DNA of 64,000 bases from Haliotis rubra (GCF_003918875.1 NW_025765070.1:1-64000); one strand, 5' to 3'; shown: positions 50,201-61,520, counted from the stretch's first letter. Translations and numbers: made by a program. Notes: generated from the sequence alone by a model not told the origin.

Positions 50201-52582
50201 CTAGTGTTGTTCATATTAAACAAATAACAACCACCACTCATCTTTGTTATTCACTAGTGTTGTTCATATTAAACAAAATGACAACCACCACTCATCTTTG
50301 TTATTCACTTGTGTTGTTCATACTAAACAAATAACAACCACCACTCATCTTCGTTATTCACTAGTGTTGTTCATACTAAACAAATAACAACCACCACTCA
50401 TCTTTGTTATTCACTAGTGTTGTTCATACTAAACAAATAACAACCACCACTCATCTTTGTTATTCACTAGTGTTGTTCATATTAAACAAAATAACAACCA
50501 CCACTCATCTTTGTTATTCACTAGTGTTGTTCATATTAAACAAAATAACAACCACCACTCATCATCTTTGTTATTCACTAGTGTTGTTCATATTAAACAA
50601 ATAACAACCACCACTCATCTTTGTTATTCACTAGTGTTGTTCATACTAAACAAATAACAACCACCACTCATCTTTGTTATTCACTAGTGTTGTTCATACT
50701 AAACAAATAACAACCACCACTCATCTTTGTTATTCACTAGTGTTGTTCATACTAAAACAAATAACAACCACCACTCATCTTTGTTATTCACTAGTGTTGT
50801 TCATACTAAACAAATAACAACCACCACTCATCTTTGTTATTCACTAGTGTTGTTCATATTAAACAAATAACAACCACCACTCATCTTTGTTATTCACTAG
50901 TGTTGTTCATATTAAACAAAATGACAACCACCACTCATCTTTGTTATTCACTAGTGTTGTTCATACTAAACAAATAACAAACCACTCACTTCATCTAGTG
51001 TTTTGTTATTCACTAGTGTTGTTCATATTAAACAAATAACAACCACCACTCATCTTTGTTATTCACTAGTGTTGTTCATACTAAACAAATAACAACCACC
51101 ACTCATCTTTGTTATTCACTAGTGTTGTTCATACTAAACAAATAACAACCACCACTCATCTTTGTTATTCACTAGTGTTGTTCATATTAAACAAAATAAC
51201 AACCAACCATCACTCATCTTTGTTATTCACTAGTGTTGTTCATACTAAACAAATAACAACCACCACTCATCTTTGTTATTCACTAGTGTTGTTCATACTA
51301 AACAAATAACAACCACCACTCATCTTCGTTATTCACTAGTGTTGTTCATACTAAACAAATAACAACCACCACTCATCTTCGTTATTCACTAGTGTTGTTC
51401 ATATTTAACAAAATAACAACCACCACTCATCTTTGTTATTCACTAGTGTTGTTCATATTAAACAAAGGACAAACCTCATGTCTCTTGCGGAGAGCATCAT
51501 TCTTTTTGCGAATTTCCTCCATTTTCTTTGTGAGAAGAGCCTCTTTTTCCTCTTTAGTGAGGATGTCAAGGAATAACTCCTTGTTCATGTTCTGTAATCA
51601 ACAAATCAGTCAGTGTATGGTGAATGGCAGACTGCTAAAATATGGGAAACATTCATCAGTGTTATCATAGATTTTCATATTGTCAAAGTAAAGCATGATC
51701 TATGAAATGTCTACCAAAGTCAGTGATTGGTTTACAATATGGTGGGTATATGTTCAGTCAGTTAATACAGACAGTTAAAAAACATCACAACAGGGCTCGA
51801 AACATTTGTTGAACCTAACTTGTAATGCATGACAGTATTTCTAATTTTGTACTCATTCTGCAATATTTTCTGTTCCTGGGTTAAATGTTCAAAGTTTTAT
51901 GTCCTTTGTGACTATTACCATTCTCTGTGATTGATGATGGAACAAAACACTTTGGTCACTATATCATCTACATTCGTCTCCAACTGTTCAAACTTACTCA
52001 ACCATGCATCTTGCTCTGGTTGTTTTACTTCCTTTACTACAAAATGATTCCTTTGCATGTTTGGTAATGAAATCATGAGTTTCTTCATCAACTCATCCAC
52101 CCCTTAACTGCCACAAATCATTCACTATTGCTTTCACACTGGAGTGCCATTATATGTCACTTACAACAAAACATCACAAATATATTTACCTCAGTGTTAG
52201 GAACAAGTTTCGTTACCTGCTTTAAATGCACTTTTGTCTGTTTCTAGACAGTTGCCAAGCATGCAGTCTGTATATGACATGAGTGACATTTTGTTATTAT
52301 TATGATGAAAGATATGAAAACATACTGGAGGTTTCTGCATATTTTATTGAAATTGTTTAGGGATGGATTGTTGCAACTGGTATACGTACTTGTCCAGTAG
52401 AAGTTTTTTCACATATTTTAACCCTGCACATGCTGACTACTCATCAAAACAAGATTGCACAATCATCAGTTTTGTCCAGCCCATTAATGATTAGGATGCA
52501 AAAATAACCATACATGATACACAGGATATATACTGCATTCCCTGCCCTTCTTTATCTTGAACACTTTACTCACATCCGCCAT
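20082..52582 (-). CDS. CCDC9: Coiled-coil domain-containing protein 9 family gene (CCDC9/CCDC9B), 10 coding exons, ~960 aa
   Basis: The exons have GT-AG boundaries and compatible phases. Hallmark segments resemble human CCDC9 as I recall it: KEEKEALLTKKMEEIRKKNDALRKRHEEIEADK, NFLADRRR, RRHPKNYGGQDF, MTGKERKQYLEWKAERDRVDQERMDRQKSTSGEWRRAWDADK. Two 1-nt insertions need correcting. Confidence 0.92.
21857..23489 (-). CDS. CCDC9: CCDC9 coding exon 9 (large, disordered: RG tract, acidic tract, PAM2, VEPTA repeats), with an apparent 1-nt insertion at 22169-22171
   Basis: ORFs 21949..23577 and 21819..22199 join at the CCC. It has a NAGNAG acceptor (ttagcag) and GTGAGC donor, and is 1633 nt (3n+1). 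Confidence 0.85.
24310..25885. repeat. 31-bp minisatellite, ~50 copies
   Basis: Unit GTGTCATGATGTGATGCAGGTAAGATGATA(T/A). Confidence 0.96.
26030..26840 (+). repeat. Degenerate G/A-rich repeat with many G4-G6 runs
   Basis: Recurring GAGAGGTTAAAGGGGGCTGGAGGGGTAG...GGTAGAAAGGGGTGG motifs. Confidence 0.8.
27404..28433. repeat. 73-bp minisatellite, ~14 copies
   Basis: Unit TTGCCTCGGTTATATACAAGGAGGTGAAACTGTAGAGACCTAATGAACTAGCGTGAGGAACCTACAGTGTGTA. Confidence 0.96.
29250..29780. repeat. Degenerate 27-bp minisatellite
   Basis: Recurring CCATTGTATTTACATCGCTTAATGTTG. Confidence 0.9.
30316..31689. mobile_element. Non-autonomous DNA transposon with TTAA target duplication (Kolobok-like termini)
   Basis: Perfect 14-bp TIRs AGGTCACATGCAAC / GTTGCATGTGACCT, flanked by TTAA at 30312-30315 and 31690-31693. 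Confidence 0.85.
31148..31360 (-). pseudogene. FLYWCH zinc-finger / MULE transposase N-terminal fragment
   Basis: Stop-free frame RQNSIHWICSTPGCTSTINPKDDLVTKQGQAHNHPADDTKIAVDSFLSNLKQMVREDSTCTTPCKLY has the W-x-C-x4-C...H-x-H pattern and no start codon. Confidence 0.7.
32795..33250. repeat. Highly degenerate short-period repeat
   Basis: Recurring GAGAACACCCTACT(G/C)GATAG-like motifs. Confidence 0.65.
34451..34490 (-). ncRNA. Minimal type I hammerhead ribozyme motif (Penelope-like element relic)
   Basis: Minus strand reads CAC-CUGAUGA-A-GGAG-caagcauaca-CUCC-GAAAC-GUC-AUG, followed by AATAAAGAAGTTGACAT. Confidence 0.7.
34924..35218. repeat. 72-bp minisatellite, 4 copies
   Basis: Unit starts CTATCATATCAAGAAATCAAACCACTA. 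Confidence 0.93.
35938..35987 (-). CDS. CCDC9: CCDC9 coding exon 8 (DFEQSSSPQRTEPAKRP)
   Basis: 50 nt with a tttgttctag acceptor and CAG/GTAGTT donor. It converts phase 2 to phase 1, exactly as needed between exons 7 and 9. Confidence 0.8.
36147..36334 (-). CDS. CCDC9: CCDC9 coding exon 7 (ERPKSG...WDADKNQQ)
   Basis: 188 nt with a GTAAGT donor in phase 2; the most conserved family segment. Confidence 0.95.
36400..37075. repeat. 56-bp minisatellite, ~12 copies
   Basis: Unit GATCACATCCTGACACACATGCAGTGGGCCAAGAAACGTACAGAACACATAGTACA. Confidence 0.95.
37245..37827. mobile_element. Non-autonomous Helentron/HINE-type element
   Basis: It starts AACAAG with a hairpin TGTCAC-taag-GTGACA and subterminal ATCCCCCG, has internal degenerate GTGACCTTGAAA repeats, and ends CGGGGAGATAA. 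Confidence 0.65.
37988..38176 (-). CDS. CCDC9: CCDC9 coding exon 6 (GPPPDPSYNFL...KERQ)
   Basis: 189 nt, phase 0-0, with the conserved NFL and NYGGQDF motifs. Confidence 0.93.
39150..39468 (-). CDS. CCDC9: CCDC9 coding exon 5 (QGVFRVIRWE...LGPED), with an apparent 1-nt insertion at 39297-39301
   Basis: It has a catccatag acceptor and GTGAGT donor. The length is 319 nt (3n+1); removing one base from the C5 run gives an open 106-codon exon. Confidence 0.75.
39692..39731 (-). ncRNA. Degenerate hammerhead motif, second Penelope-like relic
   Basis: Minus strand reads CAC-CUGACAA-A-GGGGC-aaggaaaa-GCCC-A-GAAAC-AUU, followed by the same AAGAAGTTGACAT. Core G>A changes suggest it is inactive. Confidence 0.5.
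40643..41220. repeat. 40-bp minisatellite, ~14 copies
   Basis: Unit CCCCAGCTGACTACCCCTTGCTCGCCATCCTTCTGAACCA. Confidence 0.95.
41255..41700. repeat. 39-40-bp minisatellite, ~11 copies
   Basis: Unit CATGTTGACTACATCTGTTGACTACCCCCTGTGCACCACC. Confidence 0.92.
41828..41923 (-). CDS. CCDC9: CCDC9 coding exon 4 (SLPGEDRR...KKPQ)
   Basis: 96 nt, phase 0-0, G/R/K-rich. An alternative internal donor (CAG/GTAGGC) also exists. Confidence 0.8.
43137..43262. repeat. 38-bp tandem repeat, ~3 copies
   Basis: Unit TAATACGTCATATATATATTAGACACTGTCCAGTGCCA. Confidence 0.9.
43383..46777. repeat. 87-bp minisatellite, ~39 copies
   Basis: Unit CAAGGTAGAGCAGGTGCCCATGAGTCAATACTTGTAGGAGATAACTGAGGATGAGGTGGTGTGTCACCTGCTTTACTGTTCAGTGTA. 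Confidence 0.97.
47270..48196. mobile_element. Helentron/HINE-type element with 171-bp core repeats
   Basis: It has subterminal ATATCCCCCGC, about four 171-bp repeats (GCCATGGAAA at 47461, 47632, 47803, 47974), an ACGG microsatellite and a terminal hairpin CCCCGCAA-aacgca-TTGCGGGG. Confidence 0.8.
48389..48502 (-). CDS. CCDC9: CCDC9 coding exon 3 (EIEADKR...QKESK)
   Basis: 114 nt with a ttttcttgcag acceptor and GTAGGG donor; continues the coiled coil. Confidence 0.9.
48651..49956. mobile_element. Helentron/HINE-type element with ~175-bp core repeats
   Basis: It starts AAACAAGAGTCATCAGAATATGAC with ATATCCCCCCG, has repeats containing TTTCCATGGAAAC, and (ACGG)n at 49871-49916. Confidence 0.8.
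49957..51465. repeat. 53-54-bp minisatellite, ~28 copies (one displaced unit at ~48601-48655)
   Basis: Unit AACAACCACCACTCATCTTTGTTATTCACTAGTGTTGTTCATA(C/T)TAAACAAAT. Confidence 0.96.
51475..51591 (-). CDS. CCDC9: CCDC9 coding exon 2 (NMNKELFLD...RKRHE)
   Basis: 117 nt with an attacag acceptor and GT donor; encodes the conserved N-terminal coiled coil. Confidence 0.92.
52574..52582 (-). CDS. CCDC9: CCDC9 start-codon exon (MAD)
   Basis: CAAAATGGCGGAT is followed by the donor GTGAGT. Phase 0 matches the next exon. Confidence 0.7.
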
Positions 52583-53909
52583 TTTGTTTGAGGACCCAAA
52601 CAGCAGGTGAAAACGTGAAAAGCAGATGGCCTAGTTGATCAGTGCATGGTGGAGTTATCTGCCCCTGGTTTACCTGCAAGTAAAACATGACATCATCACA
52701 TACAAATACTACAGATCATGCCACATGGCCATGAGAAACTCAACCACAACACAATCACAGAGTTGATTTTCAGGAAAAGGATTACCAGGAATATTGAAAT
52801 CTGATCTGCGTTTGTGTCCAGCATCATGGACATCATGATATTCCCTCTTCAACATGTATACAGTGTAGGAATTGTATATGTATACACAGTGGGAGTCTAA
52901 TGTTAAGCAATTGGTCACTATGCTGCACATGCTGCACATGCTGCACGCCTGGATGTAATTCCCCACACATGTACAATGTTGGTGTAGCTGGAATAGTGCT
53001 CAAAGCAATGCCTATAAAAAATTCACTCTCTCATCATACTCTTACACACATACAAAACTAAAAGAGCAAAGGTCATAAAATATCCAGGATGAAACAGACA
53101 TCTGTACTATGATGAGACTTGTGAACTGTGATCAGGTCCTCCTGCAGTGACCATGATGAAGCACACGATGTAGTCTACACACGATGCTGTAGCTGACTAG
53201 GAACATCTGGGATGTCCAGGGAGAGGAGGTCCCCCCTACCTCCACATCTTCCCCCTCCTCCCATGTACTGTGTTGACCTGGCTGGGAGGTGAGCCGGGCT
53301 GCACGGGGCACCCTGTCTGCTGCTGCACTATACACTGGTGAGAGGAAGCTCACACATCCACATTCTCACTACAACTGACACACGATGGTCTCTCACAGGG
53401 AAGCCATTGACAGCCAAAACACCACTCACTGACAGTTGGCTTCTTGCCAACAGGGCCAGCTTCAGTTCAGCCTTGTTGAGCCTGGGGGAGGGGGTTCCTC
53501 ACTACTAGTTGGGAGACCTACGGCTTGGTCAGATTACATTCACTACAGCTTGAACACATTCAGATACATACCAGTTGGCAGTCATGAGCCAAAAACAGAG
53601 ACAAGCATATAATAACTGTGACAACAGCAAGATAATGGAATCAACTGATAGTTGTTGGTGTCAGCATCAGCTTCATGGACAGCTGATGCCAACATCCCCT
53701 AATTCTGAGCAACTTCACCAGGGACAGCTTGGCCTAGACTTCAAAACTTTGGGGCAGTCTTTACAATCAAATACTTGAGAGTAATATATTGTGCATGGAG
53801 CAATTTGTGCATTTAGTACTGTTTATCAATGTGATACTGTAAGTAAATGCATGCTATCATACTTGCTAACAAATGCACAGTTTTGCAATGTACTGGCCTC
53901 TTATACATG

Positions 53910-56600
53910 AACGGGTAGTGGGACATACTGAGGGAATACGGCCACTACACAAGAACATCAACGGGTAGTGGGACATACTGAGGGAATACGGCCACTACAC
54001 AAGAACATCAACAAGTAGTGGGACATACTGAGGGAATACGGCCACTACACAAGAACATCAACAGGTAGTGGGACAGTGGGACATACTGAGGGAATCTGAG
54101 GAATCTGCCACTACACAAGAACATCAACGGGTAGTGGGACATACTGAGGGAAATCACGGCCACTACACAAGAACATCAACAGGTAGTGGGACATACTGAG
54201 GGAATACGGCCACTACACAAGAACATCAACAAGTAGTGGGACATACTGAGGGAATACGGCCACTACACAAGAACATCAACGGGTAGTGGGACATACTGAG
54301 GGAATACGGCCACTACACAAGAACATCAACAAGTAGTGGGACATACTGAGGGAATACGGCCACTACACAAGAACATCAGCGGGTAGTGGGACATACTGAG
54401 GAATACGGCCACTACACAAGAACATCAACAAGTAGTGGGACATACTGAGGGAATACGGCCACTACACAAGAACATCAACGGGTAGTGGGACATACTGAGG
54501 GAATACGGCCACTACACAAGAACATCAACAAGTAGTGGGACATACTGAGGGAATACGGCCACTACACAAGAACATCAACGGGTAGTGGGACATACTGAGG
54601 GAATACGGCCACTACACAAGAACATCAACAAGTAGTGTAGTGGACATACTGTGGGAATACGGCCACTACTACACAAGAACATCAACGGGTAGTGGGACAT
54701 ACTGAGGGGAATACGGCCACTACACAAGAACATCAACGGGTAGTGGGACATACTGAGGGAATACGGCCACTACACAAGAACATCAACAAGTAGTGGGACA
54801 TACTGAGGGAATACGGCCACTACACAAGAACATCAACGGGTAGTGGGACATACTGAGGGAATACGGCCACTACACAAGAACATCAACAAGTAGTGGGACA
54901 TACTGAGGGAATACGGCCACTACACAAGAACATCAACGGGTAGTGGGACATACTGAGGGAATACGGCCACTACACAAGAACATCAACGGGTAGTGGGACA
55001 TACTGAGGGAATACGGCCACTACACAAGAACATCAACAAGTAGTGGGACATACTGAGGGAATACGGCCACTACACAAGAACATCAACGGGTAGTGGGACA
55101 TACTGAGGGAATCTGGCCACTACACAAGAACATCAACGGGTAGTGGGACATACTGGGGAATCTCGGCCACTACACAAGAACATCAACGGGTAGTGGGACA
55201 TACTGAGGGAATACGGCCACTACACAAGAACATCAACGGGTAGTGGGACATACTGAGGGAATACGGCCACTACACAAGAACATCAACGGGTAGTGGGACA
55301 TACTGAGGGAATCGGCCACTACACAAGAACATCAACGGGTAGTGGGACATACTGAGGAATACGGCCACTACACAAGAACATCAACGGGTAGTGGGACATA
55401 CTGAGGGAATCTGGCCACTACACAAGAACATCAGCGGGTAGTGGGACATACTGAGGGAATCACGGCCACTACACAAGAACATCAACGGGTAGTGGGACAT
55501 ACTGAGGGGAATCACGGCCACTACACAAGAACATCAACGGGTAGTGGGACATACTGAGGGAATACGGCCACTACACAAGAACATCAACAAGTAGTGGGAC
55601 ATACTGAGGGGAATACTGACGGCCACTACACAAGAACATCAACGGGTAGTGGGACATACTGAGGGAATACACGGCCACTACACAAGAACATCAACGGGTA
55701 GTGGGACATACTGAGGGAATACGGCCACTACACAAGAACATCAACACGGGTGAGTGGGACATACTGAGGGAATACGGCCACTACACAAGAACATCAACGG
55801 GTAGTGGGACATACTGAGGGAATACGGCCACTACACAAGAACATCAACGGGTAGTGGGACATACTGAGGGAATACGGCCACTACACAAGAACATCAACGG
55901 GTAGTGGGACATACTGAGGGAATACGGCCACTACACAAGAACATCAACGGGTAGTGGGACATACTGAGGAATCACGGCCACTACACAAGAACATCAACAA
56001 GTAGTGGGACATACTGAGGGAATACGGCCACTACACAAGAACATCAACGGGTAGTGGGACATACTGAGGGAATCTGGCCACTACACAAGAACATCAACGG
56101 TAGTGGGACATACTGAGGGAATACGGCCACTACACAGAACATCAACGGGTAGTGGGACATACTGAGGGAATACGGCCACTACACAAGAACATCAACGGGT
56201 AGTGGGACATACTGAGGGAATACGGCCACTACACAAGAACATCAACGGGTAGTGGGACATACTGAGGGAATACGGCCACTACACAAGAACATCAACGGGT
56301 AGTGGGACATACTGAGGGAATACGGCCACTACACAAGAACATCAACAAGTAGTGGGACATACTGAGGGAATACGGCCACTACACAAGAACATCAACGAGG
56401 GGTAGTGGGACATACTGAGTGGGACATACTGGCCACTACTGCAAGAACATCAAGCGGGTAGTGGGACATACTGAGGGAATCTGGCCACTACACAAGAACA
56501 TCAACGGGTAGTGGGACATACTGAGGGAATACGGCCACTACACAAGAACATCAACGGGTAGTGGGACATACTGAGGGAATACAGACACTACACAAGAACA
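53910..56600. repeat. 50-bp minisatellite, ~54 copies
   Basis: Unit AAC(GG/AA)GTAGTGGGACATACTGAGGGAATACGGCCACTACACAAGAACATC. Confidence 0.97.
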
Positions 56601-58179
56601 TGTCGGTATGTTCGGCCTCCAGCTTCCTTTTTCTGAGCAATTACCTTAATTAATCAGCCCTACGGTCTAAGAAGCAGTTTTCACTCCGACACTGGTTTGT
56701 TCATGTCTGGCAGAACCTGTCCCCCCAGCAGCAGTCAGTGAGGACATTTGATGTACAACGCTACATAGTCCTGTCTGGACACTGCCATCAGCTGGCCATC
56801 ATGGAGTAAGCATGCGCTTGAAACTTGATCCAATTCTCAACAAGCATCATAACATTCGGGTCAGAGATAAACAAGCCTTCACATCAGGCTTGTCACCACC
56901 ACTGTTCATATTACAGCTAAACATCTTCTGCCAGGCATGTCATCATTTCTGTTTACATAATCGTCAAATCTCCAGCCCAAATCATGTTTCATTCATTTCA
57001 GTCAAGGTATCCATAGGTCAGTGGTTCAGATTTGCCACACAGGAATTTCTGGTGTTTCTATTATGTAGTGCTGGGCCGTCTGCTTATATACAGAAGGTTG
57101 TGACTTTCCATAATAATTACATTTACATTGTGTTCCTTGTTACTCATGCATTCTGACTGGCTCAACTGGTCATATGTTATTGCATTCATTTCCCGATGAA
57201 TGTAAAACATAATGCCCTGCCCATCAAAGTGGACAACTTTCACCACTACAGATTGTCAGAAAAATACCATTTACAGTCTAGGGAATTCCGTGTCATTTTA
57301 GCAATATTCATACAAATTCAGTATTGCTCAATACACCTTGGAGTGACACTGGAAGCCGAGAAGGAATGAAACAACATACCTGCCGGGCCTGCAGCCTCGC
57401 TCACATGCTGTTGTTTTCTCATCTGATTCAGTTTCACAAATGACATATGTTCATGTTTTATTCTTAAGTCACATATTTTCATCTGTGTCTATACGTTGAT
57501 CTCAGGAAGCCAATGCTTGGGTTTGGTGGTTAGTGACCATCACATGTAAAACAGTTGCCTGCTGCCTGACATATCTGTCTCAGTTTGTTACAATCTGACA
57601 GTTCTTCTTGCCTCCTACCACTATTGACAAGTACTGTGACTTTTGATGCTACTCTCCATTGAACGAATACTGACGTGGGTGTGTCAAGTTATGTGCATAA
57701 ATCAAACAATCACCACATACATGTCACGCCACAGTATGTGTTCCTTCACCTGGAATGTTTATCAATCTTATCATTTCTTTGCTTTAATCTATATAATTGT
57801 TTTTGATAAAACTATTATAGATATAATACTTTTTTCCCAATTTAATTATCAGGATCGACAACATGGATTCATACAGTTTGCAAATCGTTTCTTTTATTCA
57901 TACCTCAATGAACCACAAGAAATACTCTGTCAAACCTTAACTCCATCTGGGATCTAAAGACCTGGGTGCAGTCACAACCTGCCAGAGGTACCATGATTTT
58001 GAACTGGTGCTCCCCAGGATCAACCAGCTGCAGGTACTGGCACAAGAGGGAGTGTAAAACTGGGCATACAGGGTCCCCACCTGTCGTCAACCAGGGAAGT
58101 CATGACCTGTACCTGTAGGACAGAATTCACTTGGATCCGTCAAGGCTTAGCATCTTTATAGACAATATCCGCTGTCAGC

Positions 58180-58415
58180 CAGTGTTTGTTGTTTAACGTT
58201 CAGCTCTAATTCAGTTTGCTAGGCAGTAAATAAATTAGTCTGGATCAGACAATCCAGTGATTGGATCATTGGATCATGAGCATCGATTGACAAAACTGGG
58301 ATACAATGTTGACCACTAAGCAATCAGTGAGACTGACCTCAAAATTCCATTAGTCACCTGTTATGACAATCATGGGTTGCTGAAGGCCAGATCTAATCCT
58401 GATCTACATCAAGGG
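58180..58415 (-). mobile_element. Older SINE family A copy
   Basis: GTCTGGATCAGACAATCCAGTGAT, CATGAGCATCGAT and TTAGTCACCTGTTATGACAATCATGGGTTGCTGAAGGCC align with 9885-10135. Confidence 0.8.
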
Positions 58416-59140
58416 TATGCTCATAAAGTGTAACTTTTCTCCTATAGGGAAAACAAGAAAGGTTGTTTAAGGTAAGGTTGTGGGTGTTTGGTAGCATCTT
58501 GGTACTTGTGGCAGGATTCAGATGGACTGCACTACAAGTTACAATCTGGCATCTTGGGATTCATCCCAAGTTACAAATCATACTAGAAAGGGTTGTCTGC
58601 TTTACAGCTGATGGTCTGGTTGGCAATAGTTGTCTTCAATCATGAACTGACAATAGTAGTAGCCTTGCAGTGATAGATGCATAGCCCCATGGGTTGCTCA
58701 GCAACAGTTGCTACATTTGTGAACAATGTGGGCTGCATGGCAACAGTTGCAGTATTCAGTTCCCTTAACATAGGTTAAGCTGACATTCTGAAGTCCACTT
58801 GTGCCTCCACATCTGTGACCATTTCATCCAAATAAGATCTCAATCAGGATAGACAATGCCATCCCACAGCTCACAAACAACACTGATAATGGGAGAGCAT
58901 ATAGCTGAGACTGTCCAACCTAGAATCAGGGTATGGTCTACTAATAGAAACAGGCCCAGTATCACAAAGTATCTCATAGTATCACATATGGAGGAGAGAC
59001 TACAAACCCTGAACAGAAACACTTTAGACCTAAGGCTAAATGACACAACTGTTCTGAATGGATGTGTGGTCAGTGAATACGTCAAACAGAGTGCACTCTG
59101 AGACCTATTACAGCAAATAATCGGAAACTCTCAAGGTACA

Positions 59141-59347
59141 CAAAGGTATCCCTCCCACCCCTGCAATATAGTCATCCAAATACCTGTCAATGATGTACAC
59201 TACAGTGAGTCAAAGGTATCCCTCCCACCCCTGCAATATAGTCCCACAAATACCTGTCAACGATGTACACTACAGTGAGTCAAAGGTATCCCTCCCACCC
59301 CTGCAATTTAGTCCCACAAATACCTGTCAATGATGTACACTACAGTG
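59141..59347. repeat. 70-bp tandem repeat, 3 copies
   Basis: CAAAGGTATCCCTCCCACCCCTGCAAT occurs at 59141, 59211 and 59281. Confidence 0.93.
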
Positions 59348-59772
59348 TGACAAGAGTTTCCTAGTCTGCCATAGAGGCCCTGAAACAGATATACCCAATA
59401 TAGCCCATTCTAGAACATGTGGTAAGTCTAGATTACCACTATTTCAGGAAATGAAGAAAGTATCTTGGGTCCTTTTCTCAGTTTATTTTATGAACATAAT
59501 TTAGGAACCATTTTTCTGTAAAATATGTTCATTTCAAAGACTAGATGTTAGGTTAATGGGCAATATAGTGGCACAAATATATCTGTCATGGCTCTACAGT
59601 GAGTCCAACATATCCCCCTTGCTTCTACAATATAGAGATATCAATAATATACCTACATAGAAAGCCTTGGGTCTGGTGTGTAACAACATTTAAGTAACAG
59701 ACGTAAATGAGCACAAATCAGGCTGTGTCCCGGTAGACAGTAAGTGCCAGATGTATCTACCTGTACTACCCC

Positions 59773-60817
59773 TGTGGATGGTGGAACACACTGCCCTACA
59801 GCGGATGGTGGAACACACTGCCCTACAACGGATGGTGGAACACACTGCCCTACAGTGGATGGTGGAACACACTGCCCTACAGGGGATGGTGGAACACACT
59901 GCCCCACAGCGGATGGTGGAACACACAGCCTACAGTGGATGGTGGAACACACTGCCCTACAGCAGATGGTGGAACACACAGCCCTACAGCGGATGGTGGA
60001 ACACACTGCCCTACAGCGGATGGTGGAACACACTGCCCTACAGGGGATGGTGGAACACACTGCCCTACAGTGGATGGTGGAACACACAGCCCTACAGTGG
60101 ATGGTGGAACACAACACACTGCCCTACATGGTGGAACACACAGCCCTACAGGGGATGGTGGAACACACTGCCCTACAGGGGATGGTGGAACACACAGCCC
60201 TACAGTGGATGGTGGAACACTGCCCTACAGTGGATGGTGGGAACACACTGCCCTACAGTGGATGGTGGATACAGGGGGTGGAACACACAGCCCTACAGCG
60301 GATGGTGGAACACACTGCCCTACAGTGGATGGTGGAACACACAGCCCTACAGGGGATGGTGGAACACAAGCCCTACAGCGGATGGTGCCCTACAGGATGG
60401 ATGGTGGAACACACTGCCCTACAGTGGATGGTGGAACACACAGCCCTACAGCGGATGGTGGAACACACGGATGGTGGTGGAACACACTGCCCTACCGGAT
60501 GGTGGAACCCACTGCCTACAGGCGGATGGTGGAACCCACTGCCCTACAGCGGATGGTGGAACCCACTGCCCTACAGCGGATGGTGGAACAAACTGCCCTA
60601 CAGTGGATGGTGGAACACACAGCCCTACAGCGGATGGTGGAACAAACTGCCCTACAGTGGATGGTGGAACACACAGCCCTACAGTGGATGGTGGAACACA
60701 CAGCCCTACAGCGGATGGTGGAACACACAGCCCTACAGCAGATGGTGGAACACACTGCCCTACAGCGGATGGTGGAACACACTGCCCTACAGCGGATGGT
60801 GGAACACACTGCCCTAC
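59773..60817. repeat. 27-bp minisatellite, ~38 copies
   Basis: Unit GGATGGTGGAACACAC(T/A)GCCCTACAG(C/T/G). Confidence 0.96.
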
Positions 60818-61259
60818 ACTAGGCTACAGTGGAGAGCTTAGTTGATGCAGGCACTTGCAGTAGTTGTCGGCAGCCTGCAGTGGGAGAGACAGGGAATGTA
60901 CACCTCCACGGCAACCAACATGCCTGTTCCATGCACATATCAGATCACCTGCAGCTCTGCTGTCTTACTGACTCCCAACCTCTTGCAGCTCACTGCAGCT
61001 GCAGCTAATTATATCTTAAATAACTTCATCATTTTCATATGGCCCACTTGATGCTTCAAACAAGATTTGGAACGTATCGTGCAAAAATACAATTGTCAAG
61101 ATATTAGTTATTTCACCATCATAATTTTTGTGAAAAGAGGATATCTTCATATATTTTGTGTTATAAAAATGTGTTACTTATTTCAGAACAGGGCATGTTA
61201 AAGGCACAGTGAAAGTAATGATGTAACGCAATTCAAATACCCACTGTATATGTTTCAGT

Positions 61260-61520
61260 GGAAGAAACAAGGGAAGGGCTAGGGAGGAAACAAGGGAGGG
61301 TGAGGGAGGAAACAAAGGGGAGGGAGGGAGGAAACAAGGGATGGGGAGGGAGGAAGCAAGGGAAGGAGGAAGCAAGGGAGGGATAGGGAGGAAACAAGGG
61401 GAGGGAGGGAGGAAACAAGGGGAGGGGATAGGGAGGAAACAAGGGGGAAGGAGGAAACAAGGGATGGGGAAGGGGGAAACAAGGGAAGGGGTAGGGAGGA
61501 AACAAGGGGAGGGAGGGAAG
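61260..61520 (+). repeat. Purine-rich degenerate repeat (GGAGGAAACAAGGG)
   Basis: Seen directly in the sequence. Confidence 0.85.

Noticed and set aside
58448-58471. Plus-strand 24-nt microexon-like segment (similar case near 32453-32511)
   Set aside because: The splice signals look good, but no other plus-strand exons form a gene model, so chance is likely.
59653-60845. ORFs of up to 365 aa in several frames
   Set aside because: They are translations of a stop-free 27-bp minisatellite, open in overlapping frames on both strands, with no unique coding flank.
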